DNA of 41,575 nucleotides from Candidatus Moraniibacteriota bacterium (GTDB lineage Bacteria; Patescibacteriota; Minisyncoccia; Moranbacterales; UBA11712): NCBI GenBank assembly GCA_043802865.1, contig JAZDKQ010000018.1, positions 1 to 41,575 of the forward strand, read 5' to 3'. Shown piece by piece: positions 16,545 to 26,552 of this stretch (position 1 is its first letter; each line of letters starts with the position of its first letter). The notes under the pieces were generated by a model. It saw only the letters and a program-made list of their open reading frames with translations, ran no database searches and was not told where the DNA came from. The position numbers and the translations under genes were made by a program.

Positions 16545-18071
16545 CTAATCAATCTTACTAAATAAACACCGACTTGCATTTGTTAGGGGGTCAGAAGTGT
16601 TGAAAGATCCGGAAATAATCTTAGCTGCTATTCTATTGCCCCCTCTGCATTTGAACTTAAAATGGCAATTGTCGCAATGACCTGGTAAAAAATCCAAATT
16701 TCTCATTTTTTTCATAAAGGGATGCTGCCAACAAGCGATTGGGTCTAGAGGATCGCCTATGTTTTCGTCGATGAAATAATGGGGTTTAGCAAAACCGCGC
16801 GGATCAATAGCAAATCTATTGTATCCTGCGTCAATAGAAGCGATGTCGTTCATGTTATTTAATAAATAATGGTCATTGACAGAGCAGAAAGGTAAAGCAT
16901 TGGCAAGGCCATAGTATCTTTGCCTTTCCTTCCTTATCATGGTTGAGAGTTTTGTAATCAAAATTTCAAGATCGCTCCTTTTCAAAGACTCTGAATCATC
17001 AGCTGATATCGGCCTATATAGTTCCCAAATTTTTATCGGTAAGGAACTAACTATTTTCTCGATATTCTCAAGGTCTTTTATCGCGGCTTTAGTCGCAACA
17101 GTTCCGATACGTATTGACTTCGCTCCAGCCTCATTCAGTATTCTAATCGCTTTGACTTTCTGGCTAAATGCGTTTTTGAATCCGCAGATTCTAGCTTCAG
17201 TATCCTCTCTCCCACTCTCTAGGGGAATTAGAAAGTTATCAACATATTTAACCAAACTTCCAGCCATTTTCCGATCGATCAGAGAAGCATTCGTGTTTAG
17301 TCTCACTTGGGAAAAATCTAAACTCTTGGCGTAATCCAAAATATTCAGAATATCACGCCTGATCAATGGTTCGCCCCCTGTAAATCTGATATTTTTTATA
17401 CCGACTTCGCGAACACGTTTTATGATCTTCTTGACGTAATCTGTCGATAATGTTTTTACGTCACCCCTGCCTTCTTTAGCAAAAGAAAGCCTATTGAAGC
17501 AGAAGCTGCATGAAAAGTTACACTTTGATTCCACTTCAATTGTAACTTCGTCCGGCAAATCAAGACAGGCCTTAAGTTCATTTACGCCAAAGTTCTTCGC
17601 GTATTGTTTTGTAAGACCCCTGCAATAATAATTGTATTTACAATTATCACAGGCACTTGACCGAACGTAATCAGCACCATCATCCTGCCAGAAGATATTA
17701 TTTCGGTTCTTTTGGAAAATACAGACCGGAAAATTCTTGACTATTACTTGCAATTGATCGCCATATTTTACTATAACACGGTCAAGTTTGGGCTGGAGGC
17801 TTTTTAGTTTTATTATTTGATCCTGTTCTCTCGGAATCTCAACGATAATATGCCGAGCTTTCATGTTGATTAGGAAACTTAGCAATGAATCGAGAAACCA
17901 ATAATTTTTCCTCCCAAGGCTTAGTATATAAACATCTTCCATCCTATTAGCCAGAAGCATTCCCTGCCTTTTTTTTATTCCACAGATATTTTGCAACAAT
18001 TCCCTCATACAAATAATTAAAGACGTCTTGACATCTCTTTCAGTCGTGAGAAAAAAATAATCATTTTCCAT
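16545..18071 (-). CDS. Radical SAM protein with an extra N-terminal Cys-cluster region and a SPASM-like C-terminus
   Basis: CNFSCSFC, FTGGEPL, LNTNA; C-terminal CDNCHFKFKCRGG; N-terminal FPVC…CDNCKYNYYCRG. Start ATG 18071 preferred over 18089. Confidence 0.85.
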   Translation of the reverse strand: MENDYFFLTTERDVKTSLIICMRELLQNICGIKKRQGMLLANRMEDVYILSLGRKNYWFLDSLLSFLINMKARHIIVEIPREQDQIIKLKSLQPKLDRVIVKYGDQLQVIVKNFPVCIFQKNRNNIFWQDDGADYVRSSACDNCKYNYYCRGLTKQYAKNFGVNELKACLDLPDEVTIEVESKCNFSCSFCFNRLSFAKEGRGDVKTLSTDYVKKIIKRVREVGIKNIRFTGGEPLIRRDILNILDYAKSLDFSQVRLNTNASLIDRKMAGSLVKYVDNFLIPLESGREDTEARICGFKNAFSQKVKAIRILNEAGAKSIRIGTVATKAAIKDLENIEKIVSSLPIKIWELYRPISADDSESLKRSDLEILITKLSTMIRKERQRYYGLANALPFCSVNDHYLLNNMNDIASIDAGYNRFAIDPRGFAKPHYFIDENIGDPLDPIACWQHPFMKKMRNLDFLPGHCDNCHFKFKCRGGNRIAAKIISGSFNTSDPLTNASRCLFSKID

Positions 18072-20290
18072 GAAAAGCCACCGAACCACCTGAAAGAATA
18101 CGCAATGAAGATAATCGAAGAAATGGTTAACTTTTTATATTCATTTCCATCCAATAGATTCGTAAGCATAAACCTAAACGGGGAAAATATGGAGTATTTG
18201 TAATATTTTCTCAATTCCGGATATCTTTGACATAGATTGCGATGAAGAAAACCGTATCTGAAATTATTTTGATTAAATTTCTTTAAAGTCATTTTCTTCC
18301 AATACGTTGCCGAAATAGGAATAAAGCAAATTTCATGATCGTCCATTATTCTCTTTTTCAATTCAAGTCCGGCTAATTCCAATACTTGATTTCCAAAAAT
18401 TTCTTTATGTTTTTCCAGTATATCTTTCCTATACGAAACGTTAGCAAGCGTTCCAGTGGGATTATTGTCAAATAAATCGATTATTGTTTCATAAAAATGT
18501 AGATAAAAACCAGCTTCTTTCCAAATTCCCAATTTTTTCCCGATTTCCTGCAAGTAAAACTCGTCAAAATAAGTATAGTTTTTTTCCAAGGTTTTCTCGT
18601 ATCCCCCCACGCCCGCAACGTTTGGATGTTTTCGATATGAAAAATATATATCAAACAGCCACCTTAGCGGAACAGAGTGACTGCTCTGAGTAAAGCAGAT
18701 ATACTCTCCTCTTGCCACTTCAAGAGCTTTTTTTATCCCATCCCCAATCCCCAAACCCTTTCTTGGCCGAATAAATTTGAATTCCGGGAATTTTTGGCTA
18801 TTCTCCGAATAAATTTCCTTTATCATTCGAGCAATAGCCTCTTCATCACGAGATGACACCATAATAATCTCGTAATTTTCCTTTGGAAATTCCTGCCAAA
18901 ATATCGACCGGAGACAAAGCTTGATGAACTCTCTGTCAATATCAATGACAATAACACTAAAAATCATTTTTCTCTCTTTAACCAACATGCTCTGATTCAA
19001 AATCATACTTTCGTATCTCCTGATTCTTTTTTGATCCAAAATCCTCTGCGCATGAGATATGCGTTTTAGCTCTGGCATTTCACATACGAATGCCTCAATC
19101 GCATGATACATTATGGGACGATCCTTGAGCTTGCCACGCGAATCTATTTTTCTTATTTCCTCCGCAGCCCTTTCCCCGCATTTGCCGTCATGGAAAGCAA
19201 ATAGTTCCCGGGCAATTTGCCGCCTGGAATTTTTGAAAAATTCTTCGTCGAGAATGGCTTTTTTTATGCCTTGAACAAGTTTATCCGGACTATCAATCGT
19301 TATTACCAGTTTTTTCCTCTTTATTTCCTGCTCAATACTTCCCGAATAAGTCATCGCGCCAATCAATCCCCGGGCAGATAATCTCAGTTTTTTATGATCA
19401 TTATCCAAATAATCATCCGATAAAAAATCAGTAACGACCAGCGGTTTGTCAGCAAGAATTGCGTCGAAGACGGCGCTTGAATTATCACTAATAACGACAT
19501 CTGAAACTTTCAATAAAGGAAGCAGATCGACGTCGTCCATATAAATTATAATATTGTCGTTCTCGATCATTTTTATTTTTTCCGGCTCCTCCCGAATCAC
19601 AAAATAATGCATCTTTACAATGACATTGTATTCTTTGGATATTTTCTTTAATTCCTCGGCCAACCTATCAATGGAGCAAAGATCTCCATGGGTTGGCAGA
19701 TAAAGAACAGTCTTTTTGTCCTTAGACAATTTTTCTTTCAGATCGATTAGGACAGACTCGTCCAGATCGTTATCAAACCAATCATCAAACTTCGGATTGC
19801 CTACCATCTTAGCCTCGGTATACATTGAAAAAAGTTTAGAATCCCTACTTCCATACGCTAAGATCAAATCATGATATCGACGCGATAAACGAACTTGCGT
19901 CAGCTCTTTTCCCGCCCCATATGTCAAATTAACTTTTATCTTTTCCAGATTGCAACTTAGCCCAAGACATCCTCTCTCCCATACAGTTACAAGCGTGGTA
20001 TATTTTGAAAAGAAATTACTCAGATATCCTCTGAAATAATAATCCGAGTAATATAGGATTCTGTATTTTACGCCCTTCTTTTTCAATAAATTAATCAGGT
20101 CATCTAATAAATCATCTGGCTGTTCAATAGGAAAAAAAGCTCCTAAATCAACAATGAATTCGGAATTGTCTAGATGCTTATAGATATTTTTATAAACGTA
20201 ATACTGAAAAGGATAAAAAATAACAAAACCTATCTTTGCTTTTGGATTCGGGTTATCCAAATATCTTTTTTCATTCGCCATATTTTGCAT
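18017..20290 (-). CDS. CDP-glycerol/ribitol:glycerophosphotransferase-family domain fused to a GT2-like glycosyltransferase
   Basis: VGNPKFD, VLYLPTH, IVKMH, SDVVISDNSSAVFD, DGKCGER; C-terminal FSVIV…YEIIMV…ARGEYICF. Confidence 0.8.
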   Translation of the reverse strand: MQNMANEKRYLDNPNPKAKIGFVIFYPFQYYVYKNIYKHLDNSEFIVDLGAFFPIEQPDDLLDDLINLLKKKGVKYRILYYSDYYFRGYLSNFFSKYTTLVTVWERGCLGLSCNLEKIKVNLTYGAGKELTQVRLSRRYHDLILAYGSRDSKLFSMYTEAKMVGNPKFDDWFDNDLDESVLIDLKEKLSKDKKTVLYLPTHGDLCSIDRLAEELKKISKEYNVIVKMHYFVIREEPEKIKMIENDNIIIYMDDVDLLPLLKVSDVVISDNSSAVFDAILADKPLVVTDFLSDDYLDNDHKKLRLSARGLIGAMTYSGSIEQEIKRKKLVITIDSPDKLVQGIKKAILDEEFFKNSRRQIARELFAFHDGKCGERAAEEIRKIDSRGKLKDRPIMYHAIEAFVCEMPELKRISHAQRILDQKRIRRYESMILNQSMLVKERKMIFSVIVIDIDREFIKLCLRSIFWQEFPKENYEIIMVSSRDEEAIARMIKEIYSENSQKFPEFKFIRPRKGLGIGDGIKKALEVARGEYICFTQSSHSVPLRWLFDIYFSYRKHPNVAGVGGYEKTLEKNYTYFDEFYLQEIGKKLGIWKEAGFYLHFYETIIDLFDNNPTGTLANVSYRKDILEKHKEIFGNQVLELAGLELKKRIMDDHEICFIPISATYWKKMTLKKFNQNNFRYGFLHRNLCQRYPELRKYYKYSIFSPFRFMLTNLLDGNEYKKLTISSIIFIAYSFRWFGGFSWKMIIFFSRLKEMSRRL

Positions 20291-20456
20291 TATTGGATTT
20301 TATCAACTGTGGTTTATGCGCCTACACATTTCATCTCTTTTTTTAGTTCGTTCTCAAGGTTATTTATTATAATAACTATTTTAAATAGATCTATCTGATA
20401 AAAATTCTAATTTTTCATCATTTTATTTAAACCATTTGCATAACCACTTTCTATTC

Positions 20457-21707
20457 TTAAATCCATTGGCTTAAACTTTTATTTAAAATTAGAGAAGAAC
20501 GCGGTAATGGATCAGGCAGTCTCTTTGGCCAAGCAATCTTTTCTTTTCTATAGCGTCTTGCCCTAAAAATTATATTATTCGGCCAAGCTCCAGTTGAATA
20601 AGTATTACATGGATTAATAAAATCCCATATAATCTCTTTTTCCGGCGTAACCTCAAATAAATACCCCCTTAAGCCGTCTACAATCAGTGTATTTCCATTC
20701 TCTAGTCTTTGGGTACTCCCCAATATACTTGATGCAAATTTCGACTTTTCCGAACCCGTTTTACCTCCACTAAACCACCAGACAATCTTATTGTCTATTG
20801 GATTAACTTCAAGAATCCGACTGTATAAAAAAGGCCTTTTTTGAGGCCGAAATAGGCCGTTATCAAAAACGAGGATATTCCCGTTTGGAAGTAGTGTCGC
20901 GTCATGCTGATAGGAAAACATTCCTTTTGGAGAATTCCAAATTATTTTTCCATTACGTTTCTTAACAATAGCCACTGTGTTAAGATGTCGCATACTTATT
21001 AAGAAAGCCTGCTCGCCATCAATAGGATCTTTTTCTAAATATCTAATTGAGTTTGAATGCATCAGTTCAGATCTCGGAGTAAGTTCATTCAATTCACATT
21101 CTTCGGCGTTCAAGTGTTCATGACCGCACCACTTCCACACTATTTCCCGAGATTGATCTATTTCTATAATTGAATCGCTCCACATACTGCCATCGCATTC
21201 GGAATCAGGTATACCACCTTTTACCTTTTTGGCAAAATCCCGAGGCGTTCTCTCATACATCAAAGTTGCTATATTCCCATTTGACATAATCTCAAAATCG
21301 TGGTGAATTAACTCATTGTAGTATTCCCAAATGACGTTTCCATCCCAATCTAATTCCGAAATGCAGCCAGATTTTCCCCCTCCTGGATAATTGTCCAGAT
21401 TATTCGCTATGACATTGGAAACAAGGATATTTCCATTTTTTTTGAGAAAAGCTGAAAATATCTGATGGTCAGTTTCCCATTTATGCACAATTTTTCCAAA
21501 CAAATCCAGCAGATAGACAACTCCCCTCTTGTCAAATTGGTCCGAAGCAATATATGGGGATAAAAGAACAAAGCTTCGATCGACTTTTTTCTCATTAAGT
21601 AAGACGGAATCTCCAGATGAACTTTTCGCAGGACAAGCCTTTTTATAGCGCAATAAGGCAGCTACATAAAAAATTATAAAAATGATTAATATTATTGCCA
21701 GAATCAT
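20457..21707 (-). CDS. Arylsulfotransferase (ASST family), membrane-anchored/exported
   Basis: HHDFE, HSNSI, ISMRH, YQHDA, LVFDNG, QRLENGNTLI; N-terminal hydrophobic anchor. Confidence 0.85.
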   Translation of the reverse strand: MILAIILIIFIIFYVAALLRYKKACPAKSSSGDSVLLNEKKVDRSFVLLSPYIASDQFDKRGVVYLLDLFGKIVHKWETDHQIFSAFLKKNGNILVSNVIANNLDNYPGGGKSGCISELDWDGNVIWEYYNELIHHDFEIMSNGNIATLMYERTPRDFAKKVKGGIPDSECDGSMWSDSIIEIDQSREIVWKWCGHEHLNAEECELNELTPRSELMHSNSIRYLEKDPIDGEQAFLISMRHLNTVAIVKKRNGKIIWNSPKGMFSYQHDATLLPNGNILVFDNGLFRPQKRPFLYSRILEVNPIDNKIVWWFSGGKTGSEKSKFASSILGSTQRLENGNTLIVDGLRGYLFEVTPEKEIIWDFINPCNTYSTGAWPNNIIFRARRYRKEKIAWPKRLPDPLPRSSLILNKSLSQWI

Positions 21708-21762
21708 CTGATATTTTTTTCCGAACTTTTAACGGATTATTTCTGCGACAATCTAAGTACAT

Positions 21763-22527
21763 TCAAAAAAAATTATTATCTTTATCTGACTTTTTCAAGA
21801 TCGCTTCGATAGGTATTATATCTTGTTTATGCGTTAACTTCATATTTCTGTAAAATTTATCGATAATCCTTATTTTTTTACCGATATTATAAACTAATTC
21901 TATATTTTCCAAAGAATTTGATTCGCTTTTTTTGTTAACAGGACTTTCGTGCGCACTAAGTATCCAATTAAATCTATAGCCGTGCGGCGTTTGAGTGTTA
22001 TGCACTCTCTTTGTATTGAAAGGATATTTATTGACAATATAATTATCCTCGACCTTCACTATAACATTTAATATTCCTGAACTTAGAACAGCAGCTCCGT
22101 ATTTAGCAGCCTCCCTGATTACAGAATTAATCATTTCGACTGTCAATAGAGGTCTTGCTCCATCATGAAATATAACATAGTCACATTTTATTTTATTTTT
22201 CTTAATAAACTTCAGTGCATTATATGAAGAATCCCTTCTCGTTTTTCCACCAACGATTATATCGATATTTTTTTTATCGTAATTTTTGTGAATAATTTTT
22301 TGGGCATAGGCATACTTTTCTTTGGGAATGACCACTATAATACGCCTTATCAGACCGCACTTAACAAATTTATCAATAGAATGAAAAATAATGGGCTTAC
22401 CATTAATAACCAGAAATTGTTTATAGATTCTTCCCATCCTTTCTCCTCTGCCACCTGCTAATATTACAGCAATGTTATCCACTCTTTTTTTTGTTGTTTT
22501 ATTTTTCATATTAATTCCATATTTCAA
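21763..22527 (-). CDS. IspD/TarI-family cytidylyltransferase
   Basis: ILAGGRGERMG, KQF, GGKTRRDS, HDGARP, QTPHGY, NMKLT. Confidence 0.88.
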   Translation of the reverse strand: MKYGINMKNKTTKKRVDNIAVILAGGRGERMGRIYKQFLVINGKPIIFHSIDKFVKCGLIRRIIVVIPKEKYAYAQKIIHKNYDKKNIDIIVGGKTRRDSSYNALKFIKKNKIKCDYVIFHDGARPLLTVEMINSVIREAAKYGAAVLSSGILNVIVKVEDNYIVNKYPFNTKRVHNTQTPHGYRFNWILSAHESPVNKKSESNSLENIELVYNIGKKIRIIDKFYRNMKLTHKQDIIPIEAILKKSDKDNNFF

Positions 22528-22853
22528 CCAAATTTAAAAAAATTATTTATAGCATAAAGGATTGTAGCGAATATCGAGACAAACTATAGCTCTGTCCAGT
22601 AGAGCTTTTTTGGTTGAGATGCTAGAAAAAGAGCGGGGGGGTCACCACCTCATGTGGTTCCTTAATCCATAAATGGGGTATAGGCGATTTTTCCCTCGAG
22701 AATTTTATTTTTTTTATTCATTATTATAATAATTTCTTCGCCTTACATAGAAAATACAAACTATCAACCTACTCATTATAAACGAATGAAACAATTTTAT
22801 GCAAGTTAAAGGGGGAAATCCTCCTCGCGGATCATCCCCCCCCTCTTGTCTGA

Positions 22854-23369
22854 TTAAAACGCGCCCCTTCCGACACGCCTCATTTCAATGGAGGCGCTTC
22901 CAACGGCGCCTTGCAGAACCCCGTTTTCCAGGTAAAATTCCGTGGTTCGGACTTGCCCAAAACCATAAGACCCCTCATGGTAAAATATGTTTTTTCCCCC
23001 ACTCTCTTTGAGATCAGAGGCATACTTTGACCAGCGCGCTTCGGCTTTCGTAACAGGGTTGAAGCTTACCCCCCAAAGATACTTAATCTTGGTTGCCGAG
23101 ACCTCGTAAACGATCATCTTGGCCCGCCGGACTTTTTGGGGCAAATCGAAGCGGCTGGGACGGGTAATCCAGTCTCCTTCCCATTCACCGAGCAATTCGG
23201 CGATTTTTTTGGGAACAGCCGGATCCGGCTTGATAACTCGGATTCCACTCAAGTCTGAGGGCAATGCCGGTATCACTAAAACCTCGCCAGCTGCACCAAC
23301 GGAAGAGTGGTTCGCTAAGAAGATAACCACCACCATAATCAGAAACAACCTCAATTTTGTCATACCCAA
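22854..23369 (-). CDS. Hypothetical secreted protein
   Basis: Signal peptide-like N-terminus; AAAGGAG RBS and TATAAT upstream. Confidence 0.65.
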   Translation of the reverse strand: MGMTKLRLFLIMVVVIFLANHSSVGAAGEVLVIPALPSDLSGIRVIKPDPAVPKKIAELLGEWEGDWITRPSRFDLPQKVRRAKMIVYEVSATKIKYLWGVSFNPVTKAEARWSKYASDLKESGGKNIFYHEGSYGFGQVRTTEFYLENGVLQGAVGSASIEMRRVGRGAF

Positions 23370-23452
23370 CTCCTTTTTGCTGATAATTATACCAGCTAGT
23401 TGTTTTCATTCGTGACTTATAATATACATATTTGTTCCATTTTGTCAAATAT

Positions 23453-23482
23453 AAAACAGAGCCTCAAATCGGCCCTGTTTTT
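23453..23482. terminator. Terminator-like hairpin downstream of ftsZ
   Basis: AAAACAGAGCC-TCAAATC-GGCCCTGTTTT. Confidence 0.55.
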
Positions 23483-23516
23483 TGAAAAAATATTGTTAAA
23501 TTTTTTAAGATCTTCG

Positions 23517-24722
23517 CTATTTCTTCATTTTCCTCCGAATAAAGGCCGGAATCTCCAGCTCTTCTTCCTCTTCCTCGCCGATCGAACTTGTTTTTGACTC
23601 GAAGTTGATCTGCCTTTTTGGCTTCGCAGAGACTTTTTCTTCAATGATGAACTTAGGCTTTTCGTCGGACAGCAAAGGGGTAACCGCCATCATTGAATCT
23701 TCGAGGATGCTCCTCTGTTCCCTTGTCGCTGAAGCTGGCGAGGAAAGCGTCGTTTCACTCACCGCTTCCGCGTCAAAACCGGCCGCGATCACCGTAATCA
23801 TAAGCTCGCCTTTCTTCGCTGATTCATCGACAGAGGCTCCGAAAATGACCTTAGCATTCGGATCGATGCTTTCAGTGATCACATTCGCCGCTTCGTTGAT
23901 CTCAAGCATTGTCATATCCGGACCGCCGCTGACATTGAAGAGAATGCCCTTCGCGCCATCGATCGAAAATTCAAGCAAAGGACTGCTGATCGCCGCCTTG
24001 GCCGCTTCCGACGCCCTGTTTTCTCCCGCTCCCGTTCCAATTCCCATAAGAGCCGAGCCTGAATCCTGAAGAATAGCTTTCACATCAGCAAAGTCGACAT
24101 TGACTATCCCGGGCCTTGAGATCAGGTCTGAAATTCCCTGAACGCCTTGCCGAAGAACATCATCGACTACTCGAAAGGCATTTATGAGAGTTGTTTTTCT
24201 GTCGATTATTTGAAGCAAACGGTCATTGGATATGGTGATGAGCGCGTCAACCCTTTCTTTTAAATTCTCAAGTCCTTCCGTCGCGATCGCTTTTCTTTGA
24301 GCCCCCTCGAAACTGAAAGGCTTGGTCACGACAGCAATTGTCAGCGCTCCAGCTTCTTTGGCAACTTCAGCGACAATAGGCGTTCCTCCGGTTCCGGTTC
24401 CGCCTCCCATACCACAAGTGACGAAAACCATATCGGCACCCTTGAGCACTTCGGCAATTTCATCCCGGTTTTCTTCGGCCGCCTGGCGTCCGATTTCCGG
24501 GTTCATTCCGGCTCCCAATCCCTTGGTAAGATTTTTTCCGATATGAATTTTTTCCGTTGCTTTTGAATGATGAAGATCCTGCGCGTCCGTATTGATAGCC
24601 ACAAATTCAACGCCCCGCAGTTTGCACTCGATCATCCGGCTGATTGCGTTCGAGCCTGATCCCCCAACGCCAACCACTTTTATTCTTGCAAATGTCTCAA
24701 TTTCTGGTTTTACTTCGGCCAT
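23517..24722 (-). CDS. ftsZ: Cell division protein FtsZ
   Basis: [26 protein letters not shown]-terminal EIPAFIR. Confidence 0.98.
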   Translation of the reverse strand: MAEVKPEIETFARIKVVGVGGSGSNAISRMIECKLRGVEFVAINTDAQDLHHSKATEKIHIGKNLTKGLGAGMNPEIGRQAAEENRDEIAEVLKGADMVFVTCGMGGGTGTGGTPIVAEVAKEAGALTIAVVTKPFSFEGAQRKAIATEGLENLKERVDALITISNDRLLQIIDRKTTLINAFRVVDDVLRQGVQGISDLISRPGIVNVDFADVKAILQDSGSALMGIGTGAGENRASEAAKAAISSPLLEFSIDGAKGILFNVSGGPDMTMLEINEAANVITESIDPNAKVIFGASVDESAKKGELMITVIAAGFDAEAVSETTLSSPASATREQRSILEDSMMAVTPLLSDEKPKFIIEEKVSAKPKRQINFESKTSSIGEEEEEELEIPAFIRRKMKK

Positions 24723-24795
24723 AAGATTTATAATATTGACTAATAAGCTAGTATGTCAATCTAGCATACAGCCTCAAAAAATGTCAAGAAGTCCT

Positions 24796-26052
24796 TTATG
24801 GCAGAAATTTTCTGAACCAACTTTTCATCTTTTCCACCGTTTTCCCCATATTTGGAAGATTGTCTATTCCGGGAAGTTTCATACCCGAAGAAGAGTGCGT
24901 CGACATTTCTTCCATGCCCCAAAGCGCCAGCCCCACAGCCGAAACAAAGCCCGGCTCATCCACCTTGTCAACAATGCCTCCAAGATCCGTCGGAAACCCG
25001 GTCTGCGCGGGAAGACGCATAATTTTCTTGGCGATATCCACAGCGCCCTGAAGCTTTGCTCCTCCGCCGACAAGAACCGCGCCCGCCGGAAGCATCCCTG
25101 AACGCCCAGTTTTTCGAAGTTCCTTGTCAACCAGATTGAATATTTCCTCAATCCGCGCCTCAATGATTTCCGCGATGTGATGGCGGGAAATTTCCCCTTC
25201 TTCATTTTGGTCGATCTCGGCCAGGTTTATTTGTTCTTTCTTGCCGATTTCGTCGGGAAGTGCCGAACCATAATTGATCTTCACCTTTTCCGCCACATCA
25301 ATCGAAGTCCGAAGACCAATGGCAATATCATTCGTAATGTGCCCGCTGCCGATCGGAACCACGCCCATCTGAACCAGTTCGCCTTCCTCAAAGACTATGA
25401 AATTCGTAGTTCCGCCTCCCATATCGACAAGAACCACGCCCAATTCTTTTTGCCTTTTGTTGAGCGCAGCTTTGGCTGCCGCAAGGCCTCCGAAAACAAG
25501 GTCGTCTATTTCCACACCCGCTTGATAGACACATTTGGAAAGATTTTTGATAAAAGGGGTCGATCCCAGCACCAAAAGAGAATTCACTTCGAGGCGAATA
25601 CCATTCATACCAATTGGATCTTTCACATTTTTCTGGTCATCCACTGAATAATTGCGAGGGATCACATGCAAAATTTCGGTATTCGGGGGAAGCGAAATGG
25701 TTTCCGCCGCGCTCAAAACCCGCGACAAATCGTCGCCGGTGATTTCTCCATCTGCTTTTCCGGTCGCCACCACGCCCTGGCTTTCCTGTGAACTGATATG
25801 ACTCCCTCCCACGCTGACGATCGCGCGCGAAACAGGAATGCCTGAAGTTCGCTCGGCGTTCCCGGTGGCGGCTGAAATGGATTTGATTGTTTCTTCGACA
25901 TCAGACACAACTCCCCGGCGCATTCCGGCAGAAAGCGCCACGCCCACTCCCATCACGCGCGGCTTTTCCTCCCCCTCGAATTTTTGCAAAATCACCGCCC
26001 GAACATTCGAAGATCCGACATCGAGACCAATGACGATTTCACCTTTTGACAT
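24796..26052 (-). CDS. ftsA: Cell division protein FtsA
   Basis: GLDVGS, VDMGGGTT, HITNDIA, C-terminal amphipathic WFRKFLP; upstream of ftsZ. Confidence 0.97.
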   Translation of the reverse strand: MSKGEIVIGLDVGSSNVRAVILQKFEGEEKPRVMGVGVALSAGMRRGVVSDVEETIKSISAATGNAERTSGIPVSRAIVSVGGSHISSQESQGVVATGKADGEITGDDLSRVLSAAETISLPPNTEILHVIPRNYSVDDQKNVKDPIGMNGIRLEVNSLLVLGSTPFIKNLSKCVYQAGVEIDDLVFGGLAAAKAALNKRQKELGVVLVDMGGGTTNFIVFEEGELVQMGVVPIGSGHITNDIAIGLRTSIDVAEKVKINYGSALPDEIGKKEQINLAEIDQNEEGEISRHHIAEIIEARIEEIFNLVDKELRKTGRSGMLPAGAVLVGGGAKLQGAVDIAKKIMRLPAQTGFPTDLGGIVDKVDEPGFVSAVGLALWGMEEMSTHSSSGMKLPGIDNLPNMGKTVEKMKSWFRKFLP

Positions 26053-26084
26053 AATATATGATAATTATACAAAAAAAACATACT

Positions 26085-26456
26085 TTAAGCAAAAAAAAGG
26101 TCTTTGGAATATGGATAAAATATTATCACGCCGACGATCACCGCTCCGATCGCCGAAAGCAGAACCGCCGCCGCCATAATGTCTTTCACAAGCTGGGCAT
26201 AGGGATGCATACGGGGCTTGAGCATATCCACCACCCGCTCAAATATCGTGTTTATGAGTTCAATCACCAACATCGCGAAAATGACGATATAAAGAGCGAT
26301 TTTTTCAAGGCTGCGCGTCGGGAACAAATACATCAGAATGATCACAAAAACTCCGCCCAGAATCTCAAGCTGAAAGTTCTGTTCGTTTCTAACAACATAT
26401 TTGAGCCCGCGGAAAGCATGGCAGAAGCTTTTGAACAGTTTTTTGAAATTATCCAT
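26085..26456 (-). CDS. dgkA: Diacylglycerol/undecaprenol kinase family protein
   Basis: SFCHAFRGL…EQNF, ELINTIFERVVD, KDIMAAAV; next to ybeY. Confidence 0.9.
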   Translation of the reverse strand: MDNFKKLFKSFCHAFRGLKYVVRNEQNFQLEILGGVFVIILMYLFPTRSLEKIALYIVIFAMLVIELINTIFERVVDMLKPRMHPYAQLVKDIMAAAVLLSAIGAVIVGVIIFYPYSKDLFFA

Positions 26457-26552
26457 GGGTGTGATGCTAATCTACAAATCTTATGCTAATCAACTAATCA
26501 CAAATCCGCGAATAAATATTCAAAAAAATATTTGTGATTAGTTGATTGGCGT

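Noticed and set aside
21763-22527. Calling the gene ispD of the MEP pathway
   Set aside because: No other MEP genes nearby and the context is a CDP-polyol transferase; left as IspD/TarI family.
22662-22721. 19-aa minus-strand ORF MNKKNKILEGKIAYTPFMD as a second precursor
   Set aside because: Very short, no Cys or Ser, no supporting signal.
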